DNA of 63,996 bases, the filler included, from Basidioascus undulatus (lineage: Eukaryota): NCBI GenBank assembly GCA_000826855.1. It is 6 parts of 6 records of this genome, joined end to end, with 100 filler letters (N's around TTAATTAATTAA, not from the genome) between each part and the next. Parts side by side here need not be neighbours in the genome. Positions count along the whole stretch, not along the records: positions 29,673 to 57,358 come from JTLS01000158.1; positions 57,459 to 63,996 come from JTLS01001719.1; 4 more parts are not named here. One strand, 5' to 3'. The notes under the pieces were generated by a model. It was not told the DNA's origin. It worked only from the letters and a program-made list of their open reading frames with translations, and did no database searches. The translations under genes were made by a program, and so were the position numbers. Shown piece by piece: positions 52,561 to 63,996 of the stretch. Within the stretch, counting starts at the first letter, position 1, and each line of letters opens with the position of its first letter.

Positions 52561-52901
52561 TGAAAAAAGGGCGAGTCTCAGGCCCCCGGGCCGACAGCCA
52601 CTGGCCAGCGCAGATCTTGCACGACTGCAGCAGAACAGTCGTAGGTAATACGGACGGCATTAGAATAGAGAAATACACGTAAAACAAAGGAGTGTAGGGT
52701 GCCGGGGAAGAAAGGAGGGCAAGCGAGCGTGGCTGGATTGTGCAGGGCGAGTGACCAGCGCCGAGCCAAATTGCCCGACTTGCCTCGCTTCCGCTTCCGC
52801 TGCATCCTCCTGACCCCAACCACCATCTTCGACTGCTGGCGTATTTGTGCATCAGCGACACCCGTTCCGACCCTGAACGCGCCACTGTTCCAACATACAC
52901 G

Positions 52902-54150
52902 ATGGAACGCCCCTCTCCCCGCCTGGTGACCGGCCTGGCAGTCCATCAGCTCCCGACCCCGCCCTTCTCGGACGCGGACGAGGTCGCGCGGCTGCGGGCG
53001 CGCGTGGCCGAGGTGCGTGTTGGGCACATGGGCATGTGTTTCTTTGGGGAGGACAGGACAGGTTAAGGTCTGAACTTGGGGCGAGGAACTCGGTAGTTGG
53101 AGGAGCAGCTCGCTGCTGCGCTGGAGGAGAAGACGCGCTCGGAGAAGGAGGACGAGTGGGGCGGGGGGCTGGAGACAAAGCCTTTGCCGAGGGTCCAGGT
53201 GCGTTTAGATATTTGACGTCTCTTTCCCTTCCCCGCCGGCCACGTTCATATGGATGGAGGGCGTTCAGTCGCAAGAGAACTTTGATGCGCTCAACGAGCT
53301 GCTGCAGATCACGTCCCGGCGCGTGCGTGGCTCGTCACCCGCTCCCCGAGAAATGGCAAAGGCTGACTGGCCGTTAGAACCCTAGCTCCAAGAAGAGCTT
53401 GACAAAGATGGGACCGCGAGCGAGCTCATGTCGCCTGTGCCGGTGCGTCGGTGGACGTATCTCTGTTGGGCGTTGGACGGCTTGGGCTGATGCGGCGGAT
53501 ATGGACAGACTATCTCGGATGGGTTGGGTGATGTGGGTTTCTTTCTATAAGGACGTAGGGAGGGTATAAAGGCTGAGTGTACCTGCGCAAAACAGTACTC
53601 GTCCGTCGCCTCCTCGCCGCCTTTCAACCCAGGCACGCTCTTCGAAGGTGCGCTGAGCCCTCGCCTCTCATCCGCATCCCCAAATCTCACTCTTCCCTCA
53701 CCCATCAGTCCCATCCCCCGCACGCACGCCCACCTCCCCAGTTCGGCGCGGACCTCTCCCCCCGCTCGGGGCGGCCCCTCCACAGCCGGGCCAGAGCTAC
53801 CCCTTCCCCCCCTCATCCTCCTTACACTCCCGCCCCGGCTCCCCAACCTACTCAGACGTACGCCCTACCGCTCCCTCCCCTCCTTCCTGTCTCTCATCTG
53901 ACTCTCCCCTTCCACCCACCCAGATCGACCCCTCCGCCCCCTCTCCCTCCGATTCCACCTCCGCCCTCGACTTCTGGGGCTCGACGCGCAGCGCGTTCCG
54001 CGTTCTCTTCCTCGCGCTCCTCCTCGGGCTGCTCGTCCAGCGCAGAGGAAGCGAGTACTTCAGCGTCGAGTCGCTCGTACAAAGCGCACGCGAGGCGTGG
54101 GGCAGGCTGGTGGGAGGCCGAGAAGAGGACTGAAGTCGAGCCAGTCTTGA
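52902..54150 (+). CDS. Hypothetical protein with a short coiled coil and Pro/Ser-rich tail, multi-exon (end approximate)
   Basis: MERPSPRL...DEVARLRARVAE|LEEQLAAALEEK with canonical splice sites. Confidence 0.45.
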
Positions 54151-55346
54151 GCGGGCGATCGGGTTGGATGAACTATGTCATATGCAATACGAAGATGATG
54201 GGCATTGCGATATTGCTTGAACCGAGTAGGCTTGATGCTTGATGAAATATTGGGTGCGGGTTTCGCGGCGCCGTGAAGGCGTGCGTGCGTGCCTGACCCG
54301 CCGGCCCTGTTCCTCCTCGTCTCGCAGTTCTTTGCTCTGCTTTGTTCAATAGTGAGCAGTGCAAACACCCATATACATCAGACACTTCCCAAAGCAATTT
54401 TTAATAATAATCGCACCGGGCATGCATGCTTGAAAGCAACCGACCCAACCTGAAACAAACGCTGTCGTCGCTGCGCCTCCTTCCGCCGCTCCCCGCTCCC
54501 TCTCCTTGATCGCTTGCCCTGTCCGAGCCCTGGGCTCATTTCGAACTCTCCATCTCGGTGGAAGTTGGATCCCTTCCTCATACAGTTTCACAACAAACGG
54601 CTCCGATTCGGACACAGATACACACATTCAGCCGCCGGGCCCGCTGCGGGAGCGGAAGGAGCGATAACTGACTGCGACTGGTCACCGTCCCTGACCACCT
54701 TCATCCACCATCCGACTGCTCTTCCTCTACATTCGCATTCGCATTTCTGTATTCGCTCCGCGCCTCGTCGCCCAAGCAGACCACTTTCGTTCTTTAGAAC
54801 CTTGCACGCTCATTTTCGTCTCACTCTCTTCGACGTCGCTCTTGTCTGGCACGACATTATCAAGTCCCCGCAGCGGCACACAATCTCCGCTTCCGTCCCC
54901 TGCCGCGCTCCTGCTCCTGTCCACGTTCGTTCGCCGCCCTGCGCCAGCGAGCGAGCGTTCGAGACCTCTCTTTAACCTATATATGTGAGTGTCCGCCAAA
55001 TTGAGGGCAGGCGGGAGCGGGAGCTGGCGATTGACGGTGGGACGGATGGGCAATGGCCAGCTGGGCTGCGCCCCTCGCCCCCATTCACTGCCTTCTCCCC
55101 GCGCTGAGCTTGTATCAGTCTACGGTGAAGGCTCGAAGTGGTCTCTCGGTGCGTCTGAGAGTAATGTACCAAGTCGAGTCGGAAGGTCGGGCAGCTCATG
55201 TACAGGCGTGGACGCGATCCTAGACCTCGTTTTCCCTTCCGCCTCGAACTATTTCGCTCTGTACCTCAACACTGTACGCCCACCATCTACGCTCATCCCA
55301 TCTGGTTTCCTCACACCCCATTGTCTCCAAGCAGCTCAGTAGCAGC

Positions 55347-56474
55347 ATGCACCGCCCGCGCAAGCGGCATGACCGCCTTGCGTCTTCGTACTCCTCGCTC
55401 TCGAGCTCCTCCCCAACCCCGACTCGCGCGAACGCGAACGAGCGCCGCGACCTCTGGTATGAGGATGGCGAATTGACTCTCGTCGTCTACCAGACGCCCG
55501 CGTTCACGCAGACCTTCCCGCCCCAGCCGCTCACGGACGGGCGGTCGGTCATGGTCGCTAGTGATTCGGTCACTGCGACGCCGCCTACCTCCACGGAGAG
55601 CGCGAGCAGCTCTTCTTCCTCCGCTAGCTCCAGCTCTAGCTCCAGCAGCAGCACGTCTTATACGTCTTCGTCCTCTTCTTCATCCTCTTCCCACTCGACC
55701 ACCACCTCCTCATCCGCCACGCCCTCGTCGACCTCGACCTCCCCTTCCTCCGGCTCAAGTGCCACCCCATCCACCGGCTCCGGCGACTCCAAAAACTCAT
55801 CCTCCAACCTCGCTGGCCCAATAATTGGAATCATTCTCGGCATCCTCGCGCTCATCTTCCTTTGCCTCTTCGTGGTCATCCGTCTGCATGCGCGCGCCGC
55901 AGCAAAGCGTGCGCGCGCCGCCCCGGGCCCAAACGGCTCTGCCAAGCACCGCTGGTCGACGCCGCTGCCAGCCTCGGACGGTGCCTTCCTCGCGAGCGCC
56001 GAAAAGGCGCTGCACACGCCCTCTTCCCAATCTCATCCCCCCTTCTTCCACGCCGATGTCCCGCCGCCCGCACCTGCTGCCGGCGCATACCCGCCCTCCG
56101 AAATGACGCCATCTCCAAGCTGGCGCCCGCGCCCCGCGCCCCCAATCATGCTGTCCGACTCGTCAAACCGCACGTCCGAGTTCTACAACCCCGAGCCCGG
56201 CCCGGCCCCGCACGCGAGCTCTTCCGCAAGCGCGAGTGAGTACGACGGCGAGCCCCGCGGCCTCGAGCCCCGCCCGCCGCCGTCACCCGGCGCGAGCAGC
56301 CCGTGGTTCCGCCCGAGCACGAGCAGCGAGTGGAGGAGAAGCAGGTGGCGCGACAGCTCAGGGACGGAGCTTGAGCGCGCCGTCCGGGAGGGCGACCGCA
56401 CCAGCTGGATGAGTGTCGGCAGTGAGTCGGCGTGGCTTCATAAATATCATTTTTCACGGTTCGATGGTGGCTGA
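55347..56474 (+). CDS. Mid2/Wsc-like single-pass membrane protein with Ser/Thr-rich ectodomain
   Basis: Long S/T tract, then NLAGPIIGIILGILALIFLCLFVVI (TM), a basic stop-transfer segment and a Pro-rich cytoplasmic tail. Confidence 0.75.
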   Translation: MHRPRKRHDRLASSYSSLSSSSPTPTRANANERRDLWYEDGELTLVVYQTPAFTQTFPPQPLTDGRSVMVASDSVTATPPTSTESASSSSSSASSSSSSSSSTSYTSSSSSSSSSHSTTTSSSATPSSTSTSPSSGSSATPSTGSGDSKNSSSNLAGPIIGIILGILALIFLCLFVVIRLHARAAAKRARAAPGPNGSAKHRWSTPLPASDGAFLASAEKALHTPSSQSHPPFFHADVPPPAPAAGAYPPSEMTPSPSWRPRPAPPIMLSDSSNRTSEFYNPEPGPAPHASSSASASEYDGEPRGLEPRPPPSPGASSPWFRPSTSSEWRRSRWRDSSGTELERAVREGDRTSWMSVGSESAWLHKYHFSRFDGG

Positions 56475-57358
56475 CCTTGATCTGCTCGACCAGGTCCGCT
56501 CGACATGCTCGCTCGCACATGGCGGACCGCATCGGATCTCGGCAACGCACGTTAACCCGCAACCCGCAACCCGTCTATCTTGTTCCCCTCTTGGCCGTTT
56601 CTCATTTGCATTGCATTTCTTTCGTACTTTTTCGCTCCACCGGACTCTTGCATCTTCGCATTCCACCTCGCACGCCGCATGGACCTTCCACTTTCATACT
56701 TTGATCTTCCCTGACTCGCTCCCTTCTCGCACGAGGCACATTCCAAAGATCTTCTTCTACCCCGCTCATTCCCATCCCCGCTCGCGTATACCCCCGCCCG
56801 CTGTACTCGCATTCAGTTTTCCCCTATCCTTCCTTGTTTTCTCGGATACGCAACATTACCGCATCTTTGGTCCTTGGTGGACCCGCTTTGCTTTTCTTGT
56901 AATCTCTATGCAGGTCAGGTCTATAGGTTTCCGCTTCACATGTGGCATGTCAACTTTCGTGGCGCTGCGCGTGGATGCACTACCGTCTGCCAGTGAGGCC
57001 TGTAGAAGACGAGAGTAGCTGCTTGCAATGTCACCCTCGCGAGGCCCGTCATCTCGTCTTGTCAATAGCCATTGCGCTTGACCAACGTTCATTGGAAGGC
57101 GCGGAACGATGTCGCACAGCCGAGCTTGCTTCTAAATTGGGCGCAGATTGCGCTGACCCGCTTTGGATTTCATTGACAGCAACACAAAACTTTCCTCCTC
57201 CCTCGCTTGCATTTGGCGCTCAGCGCAGATAACAACAGATAAACAGCAACAGCGCATGCTCGTAATCCTTGCTTTTCATTGACAACTTCCACAATATCCG
57301 TCCCCGTCACGGGATTGGCGAGCTTGCTGTCGTACAAGCAGGTAAGCCCCGTGGTGAC

Positions 57359-57458
57359 NNNNNNNNNNNNNNNNNNNNNNNNNNNNNNNNNNNNNNNNNN
57401 NNTTAATTAATTAANNNNNNNNNNNNNNNNNNNNNNNNNNNNNNNNNNNNNNNNNNNN
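57359..57458. other. Artificial contig linker
   Basis: N44-TTAATTAATTAA-N44. Confidence 0.98.
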
Positions 57459-58521
57459 CCTCTCCAACCAAGCGCCGCACGCCTACCTCCCTCTCGCTCC
57501 CGGCGCTCTGCACACTCTCCACCACGCTCCCCCTCTCCGCCTCCCGCATGCCCGCAGGCTCGCACCCCTCCACGAGCGCCCCCAAGCGGTCGACCGCGCT
57601 CTTCAGCATCTTCCAGTCGCTGCGGCCCTCCTTGGTGCTCTTCAGCAGGCGGCGGTACAGCTTCTCGTAGTACCTAAGCCGCTCGGCGGGGAGCGCGAAG
57701 AGCGCGTCGAGGGACCATGTCGCCCCGGAGGGCGAGGGGGGCAGGGAGGCGAGGATGCCCGGGAGGAGGGCGTTGGAGAGGATGTTGGGGTGCGTGGAGA
57801 AGGGCGGAGAGGTGGATTGCTCTTGGACGTAGCGCGTGTAGGGCGCATCGAGGTCGTCGATCTAACGTGCCCACACCCCCAGCTCTCACCGTGAGCAGGA
57901 AAGAAGGGAAGGTGAAGGTGAGGGGGTGGTGAGGGGGTGTTGGGGGGGAAGAACGCACCCAGCGCATGAGCAGGTCGCCGAGCGCCCTCGGCGACTCTGG
58001 GTTCGGGCCGATCTCGAGCAGCTTGGAGAGCAGGCCGCGGTTCGCACGGTAGACGGCCTCGATGCAGCGGAACATCCTATCCAGGTCCGGCGGGGGGAAG
58101 TTTGAGCGCGACCAGGCCGAGGCGACGCGCTGTGTGCGGGCGAGGCAAGGGAGGGTCAACACCATCCATCAACAACACTGCCTGCCATGCGGTACCCATC
58201 CCCCAGTCTCCCAACCAACACAGAGGAGCATCCCCAAACCACACGCACCTTGACAATAAGCCCCATTTCGTCCACATAAGTCTTCTCGCTCTCGATCAGG
58301 TCAATGAGCGGGTTCGTCCGCCGTGCCTCGCTGCTCGCCGGCGGGCCGCCCGTGGCAGGGCTGATCGTCCCACTCTCGCTGGCGAAGCTGCGGCCCGAAG
58401 GGGTAGGCGAGCGCGGCGCAAAGGTCGGCATCATTGGCGGCTGGAACGAGTGCTGCTGCGCCGGCGGCGGAGGCGGACCCGGGGCGGGCCCGGCGAGGGA
58501 GGCGCCGCGCGGGGCGTACAT
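57459..58521 (-). CDS. Dbl-homology (RhoGEF) domain protein, 3' truncated
   Basis: NPLIDLIESEKTYVDEM, LGDLLMRW|IDDLDAPYTRY, LDALFALPAERLRYYEKLYRRLLKST. Confidence 0.88.
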
Positions 58522-59279
58522 CGCGCTCTGTGCCCGGGAATAAAGAGAGTGCACGCGCGGCCTGAGGCGGGGCGGGCGCTGAGTCGAGGAAGAAGAAAGA
58601 GAAAGGTGTGCTTGTAGCGTACGCGAGAGGGGCGGGCGGCGAGCAAACAACGAGATCAAAGCGAGGCGACGAGACCTGGCCGCCGCGTTTCAGCCCTCGC
58701 TTCAGGGCGCGACTGCGATCGACGCTCGTCCTCGCAGCGCAAAGTCTTCCACACAACACTCTGCTTTACATGCCTGGATGAGCATGCCCGGATATTTTTA
58801 TTCATTTCAATTCGTTGAAAGTTGAAGCAGGTGCAGGATCCGGATTGTCTGTGAGGCCACGAGGCCCACTTCTGAGCGGAAATGGCCGCTTCCCTCGAAA
58901 AAGCGCAGCAGCGGGGGCTGTCTCCCTGGATCGCCAGAACTTCTCGGCACACCGCCCACACCCTCCAAGCAGACCTCCGTAACCTCCTCTTCGTTCTCCA
59001 GTCCCAGCGCTTGTGCCTCTGTCTCTCCAGCGCTTGCCGCTCTGCGTGTTGTCCAGCCAGGCAGTCTTCTTCTCTCTGTCCCACGCACGGACCACAACAA
59101 GTTCCAGGGACCGCGGATCAGTAGCGTTCCCAGGCTACCCAACTCTCTTGCAGCGCCGAGTGAACTGAGTGCGAGGCGGATCTGCAGCCGTCCTTGGCGA
59201 GCAACACGTTCTGCTTGCCGCTCGCTCTGTTGCCAGTAGAGATGTGCGTGATGGGCGGAGTGCACTGCTTTGCGTGTGT

Positions 59280-60700
59280 TTGTTATGATGGTTTGTTATG
59301 ATGGGGACGCGCAGCTCAACATAAATCTGCGGAGCTGGAGATGTAAGCTTGACAATGGCAGCTCACTGAGGGGTGCATTTGGGCAGCAGCATGTACACGA
59401 GCCGCCTCTGGCAGGCTGGGGGATCACAGCACCGTGCTGCGGGGCATGAATGAGAGTCCCAGCAGGCTCTTCTTCTACATGTTCTTTCTTGCAGGGCAGG
59501 GACAAGCAGCACCAGAACATTTGTGCAAACTGAGCTGCAAAGTCACAATTGGTACCAGTGCAAGTCCTGGAACCTGCGTGGTTGTCAGTCAAGGATGGTC
59601 CTTGAGGCAAGGATTGTCCTTAAGTCAGGGACAGTAATTCAGCCAGGACAGCCTCAAGATTTATCTGTCAGGTGAAGGGATGGTCCTTCCAGCAGTGACA
59701 GTCTTTAAGCTAAGGACAGTCCTTCCCGAAGGGACAGTCCTTCAGCCCAGGCTGGTCCTTCAGTCAAGGACAGCCCTTAGGGCAAGGATGGTCCCTCAGG
59801 CAAGGACAGTCTTTCAGACAGGGACTGTCCTTCCGCCACCAGTCCTTCCATCATGAACAGTTCATCCCCAGGGACAGACCGTCAATCCAGGGACAGTTCT
59901 TCCCCAAGGACAGTCAGTACTTCAGCCAAGGACAGTCATACAGCCAAGGGATGGTCCTTAGCCATGGATGGTGCTTCAGCCATGGACAGTCCTCCTCCAA
60001 GGACGGTCCTTCACACAGGGACTATCTTTCCCACAGAGACAGTCCTTCATGTAGGGATGATCCTTTCCCCAGCACTGTAGGGACAGTCTTTCTTTAGGGA
60101 CTGTCCTTCAGCCAAGGAAAGTCCAGGGACGAAGGACAGTCCTGGGGCTCGGGCAGTGTTTAGATTGAGGATGTCTGTTAGGGAGGGCAACTAATAGTGG
60201 TATGTAACTGCGCTCCAAGCAGGCAGGAGGTGCTACAGCATTTGGCACATGTGACAGTGACTTCAGGCTAGTTTGGTTTACTGCGGCTATTGCTGAAACT
60301 CCTCCAGATGGAACTGTGATGGAGAGTTGTATTGGACCCTGGACAGCAAGGTGGTATGACTGCACTGCAAGATGGTTGTTACATTGTTACTTTACCTGCT
60401 GATGTGTAGCTGGGTCTGAGGTTGGCTAGGTAGTCATCCTTCTGACGGTTACAAACCGAAACCAAGGACATTCAAAGTGTATCAAGATGTTTTTACAAAT
60501 AGGGTTCTCAAATTCATTGGGATGCTACCTCCTATTTTAGGCATGGCTGTCGTGAAGCTGATAGATGCTGCGCTGGCAACAGGCTACTTATTTCATTCCC
60601 CATTCACCAGCTTGTCATGAAATAGCTTCAAGGAAGCTTCAAATTCGGAGACCACATAATCAGCCCGAATCAGCACTTTACCCTGAGCTGTCGGTAGGGT
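59280..60700. mobile_element. CpG-depleted repeat/transposon relic (class unknown)
   Basis: About 14 CpG in 59461-60660 by hand count at roughly 50% GC, abundant TG/CA, and an internal tandem array. No intact transposase or RT ORF. Confidence 0.5.
59590..60146. repeat. Degenerate ~18-bp tandem array with palindromic core AAGGAC-N-GTCCTT
   Basis: Roughly 25-30 units such as caaggatggtccttgagg, caaggattgtccttaagt, taaggacagtccttcccg and caaggacggtccttcaca. Confidence 0.9.
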
Positions 60701-61389
60701 GAGCAAGCTGCGAAAACGACTGCACATCAGAGCCCCTGCGTTCCAGTTTCAGTGTCATTGCCAGAGTTTCAAGTTCACCACTTGCATTTGGCAGCTTTGG
60801 GATATCTGTGCCGATTCTAAACATGTCTACACGGTGTAACTTCGGATCGCAGCCTTGCTGATTGATGCGCCTTGTGCAAGTTGGATCGCTGCTGTGGCAG
60901 CCGAGCGAGTCGACCGATCAACGTCGTCACACCCGGCGTACGCCGCCCAGACTTCGTACCTACACAACACTTTTCACGAACGACATGCTATTCCAATAGG
61001 ATTAAAGCACGCCCAGATCATCCCACATGGTAAGCTCAGCAGTTGCCGCAAGTATGCATTTGACTCCAGAATGCAGTGCAAGTGAATCATGAGGGAAGGA
61101 AGGGGGGCGGGGCAAATGCGTGCGAGAATGCGGAACGACGCTCGAGCGCAACGCAAAAGGAGCAGAGAAAAGAACACGAAGTGGCAAGTCTACCGAGTGG
61201 AGTAGAGTGGGGAGTGTAGTGTGAAAGGGAGGTGCAATGCTGACAGATTCATTCCGACTCGACAGAGGGGGATAAAGTACATTCGTGAATCGCGGGACGA
61301 GAGGAAGAGAGGGAAACGAAGATGCGAAGATGCGGTTGAGGGAGGACATTGACAGGACGAGACGAGGCGAAGGGGATTATGCACGACGT

Positions 61390-63996
61390 CTACTTGCGGG
61401 ATAGCTTCTTGCCGTTGGCGCGAACCGCCTTTTTGCCGCCCACACGGGCGGTGGTACCTTGGATGTCTGCAGCGCACGATGTGAGCAACGTTTCGGTTTG
61501 CAGTGAATAACGAGTGAGCTGAAGGAACGTACACTTCACAAGCGCGTCGACGTCCTCATCTCCACGGATGACGGACTCGCTGGTCTGCGCGGACGCGGGC
61601 GCGGACTCGGCAGCGGCCGCCGCAGCGGCAGCAGTCGAGGGCGGGAAGACGCCGGCGCTCTTCGCGGCAGCTGAGCGACCGGCGAGCGAGGTCGGGTACT
61701 TCGGGTTGCGCGCGCGAAGCGCGTTCTGGCGCGTTTGCCGGGCGATCAGGTCCTGGTGCGACTTGGCGACCTGAACGGCGGCCTTCGTGAGGTTGCCGAG
61801 GAACGCCTCTGCCTCCTTGGCTTCGGCCGAGTCCTTGCCGAGCGCATCTACGAAGCCGGACCAGGACTCCTTCGCGGCGACGACGGCGGACTTGAGGTCG
61901 TTGACCGTGATGTACGACTCAGCGACCTTCTGCAGGAGCGCGGCGGTGATGAACGCTTGCGGGCCGTAGAGCTCGAGCGCGGCATCGCGGGCGGCGAGGA
62001 AGAGCTGCAACGCATCCTGGTAACGGCGGGTACCCTGCAGTATGCTCGCAACCGTTTGCTGCAACGAGAAAGGAATATCAGCATCCTGTGGCTCCGGTGT
62101 CGCGTACCTCAAAAATACGCACGAAGAGGTGGAAGCACTCGGGGTGGCCCGGTCCGTAGACGGTGTCCCAGAGCTCGAACGCGTAGCGGAAGTACTTCAA
62201 CGCAACCTCGACGTTGCCGGCCGTCGCCTCGAGGAACGCGAGGTTGTGAACGTACGAGAGCGTCTCGTTGTGGTCGACGCCGAGCGTGCGCTCCGCGATG
62301 ACGACGGCGTTGCGCGCGAGGCGGAGGCACTGCTCCATCTCGACGCGCTCGCTTGCCTCGCGCTCCGTGGCGGCCTCGGGCGTCTCGTCCGCGGGGGCTG
62401 CGGTCATGCGGAGCACGTTGTGGCGCGCGACGACGTAGCCGTTGAAGGCGCGCGCGACTTCCGCGTGCAGCGGCGTGTAGATCTGCTCGAACAGGTTCAC
62501 GCCCTCGAACATGAGCTCCACACCGACGTCGCGCTGGCCCTGCTGGATCGCGGCACGGCCGTGCTCGTACGTCTCCTCGGCAAGCGCACTCTGCGTTATC
62601 CCAATCGTCTCAGTCTTGTGCTACGGTAATGTCCAGACAGAAAACCAACGCACCTTGGGAGCAGAGTCCTTGACAAGCGGAACAATGGAGACGATGTCAT
62701 CGGGGATGAAAGTCGTCGAGCGGGCCTTGGCCTCGGCGGCCTCCGCGCGCTTCTGCTTCTTGGTCTTCTTCTTGCTGACGCCGTTCGCAGGAGAAGCCGC
62801 GCGGTCCTCGTCCTCGGAAACGGCCGCAACGGCCGAAGACTCGTCGAAGCGGTAGTCGCGGAGCTCGAGCTGGACACCGACGCGGAGCGCGATCTCGCGG
62901 AGAAGCTGCGGCTTCTTGGTCTGCTTCTCAAAGTAGTCCGCGGCGAGCTGGAAGCGGAAGCGGCGAGCGACCTCGGTGGTGATGCGCTCGCGGAGCGACT
63001 CGGGAGTGAGCTCCGCCCACGCGGGCGTCGGCTCGCCCTCCTCGAAGTCGTCCGGCAAAACGGCGGTCGGGCGCGGCTCGATGGACGTGCCGAGCAGGCA
63101 GTTGAGGAAGTGGGAGATGGCGGGCTGGAGGTGGGTTTGGGGGGCGCCGGAGAGAAGAGAGCGGAGGATGCGCTTGCTCGCACGGAAGACCATCTCCTGA
63201 AGGACAACGGTCTGAGCACCGAAGGCAAAAGGTCAGCGCAACTATGCGGCAGAATGTTGCAAGATATGAGACGGGCCTTGAACGCGTCAATAGAACCACG
63301 AGCGGGCCCCAGGAGAGAGCCGCGGTGGCGCTGACTGTTCGCGCTGTAGTAGACCAGACCGAGGTACCTGAACAGCAATACTCTGTCAGTACCAAGTTCT
63401 GCCAAGGACGAGAACCGCAGAAACGCACCGCATGTTGATACCACGCTGATGCAGCGCGAAGGTGAGCGCGGCGCCGTCCGCGGGGCTGACGGAGCCCTGG
63501 ATGACGTCGAGGATGAGGATGGGGATGAGGGTGTTGCGGACGAAGTTGGACGCGTCGCGGACGGCCTTGACGGCGGGGTCGGACTCGTCAGCGGTCGTCT
63601 CGCCCGCGGAGGTCTGCTTCTCGCCCTCCTTCGGCAGCGGGAGGGGCACGAACGCGTCGGGGTTGAGGAGGACGGGCTCAAGCTTGGGGAGGGAGAGCTT
63701 GCCCTCGTTGATGGCCCGCTCGACGTCGGCGCTGGACGGGCCGGGCACAGCAGGCTTTGCCTCCTCGCCGTCCTTGGCCTCAACGGCCTCGCGCGGCGCC
63801 TCGAAGAGCCCGCTCGCGATGCCGGCCGCCTTGGCCTCCTCGACGGCCTTGCGCGCGCGCGTCTTGCTCTCCGTTTCGACCCACGCCTCGACCGCCTCCG
63901 GGCGGAGGAGGAGGAACTTGTGCGGGTACGGGTGCGCCTTGCCGGCAGCCTTGACCGCCTCGAGGTCCTCCTCGGTCGCCTTGGCGGGCGCCGTCG
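61390..63996 (-). CDS. CLU1: Clustered mitochondria protein Clu1 (CLU central domain + TPR), 5' truncated
   Basis: LNPDAF, PADGAALTFALHQRGINMRYLG, EMVFRASKRILR, ISHFLNCLLG, KPQLLREIALRVGVQL, AERTLGVDH, VYGPGHP. Confidence 0.93.

Noticed and set aside
7323..57458. Five recurring TTAATTAATTAA motifs, and gene neighbourhoods across them
   Set aside because: They are identical N-flanked concatenation linkers, not TTAA target sites. Cross-linker adjacency is artificial.
59590..60146. CRISPR-like appearance of the palindromic array
   Set aside because: Linkers are only ~5 nt, the units are degenerate, there are no cas genes, and the context is eukaryotic.
59278..60383. Solo LTR bounded by TGTTA...ACA
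   Set aside because: No exact target-site duplication for the end pairs I tried, and no PBS or PPT evidence.

Overview
GC-rich, intron-rich eukaryotic DNA, most consistent with a basidiomycete fungus (possibly a Pucciniomycotina/Rhodotorula-like yeast; inferred from short introns with GTGCGT/GTGAGT donors and GCTGAC branch sites, and from gene families). The window is six contigs joined by artificial 100-nt linkers (N44-TTAATTAATTAA-N44), so adjacency across linkers has no biological meaning. Recognisable genes: STB6-like protein, SmgGDS-like ARM protein, RPL17, membrane LysM protein, NDUFA4-like microprotein, F-box protein, old yellow enzyme, mitochondrial uS7, cutinase, ARFRP1/Arl3, Rim15/Cek1 kinase, Emp24-type p24, PhyH dioxygenase, M16 metallopeptidase, SRA-YDG protein, Mid2-like protein, RhoGEF and Clu1, plus several pseudogenes. 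I did not find a clear multi-gene novel system. The strongest unexplained signals are a CpG-eroded array of 18-bp palindromic units (~59.6-60.1 kb), a 76-bp-arm fold-back (~14.3-14.5 kb), a decayed Myb/SANT-like gene, a Rim15 receiver domain with intact phospho-acceptor residues, and an RPL17 gene whose start codon is unresolved. All family calls come from motif recognition by eye, and exon boundaries are approximate.
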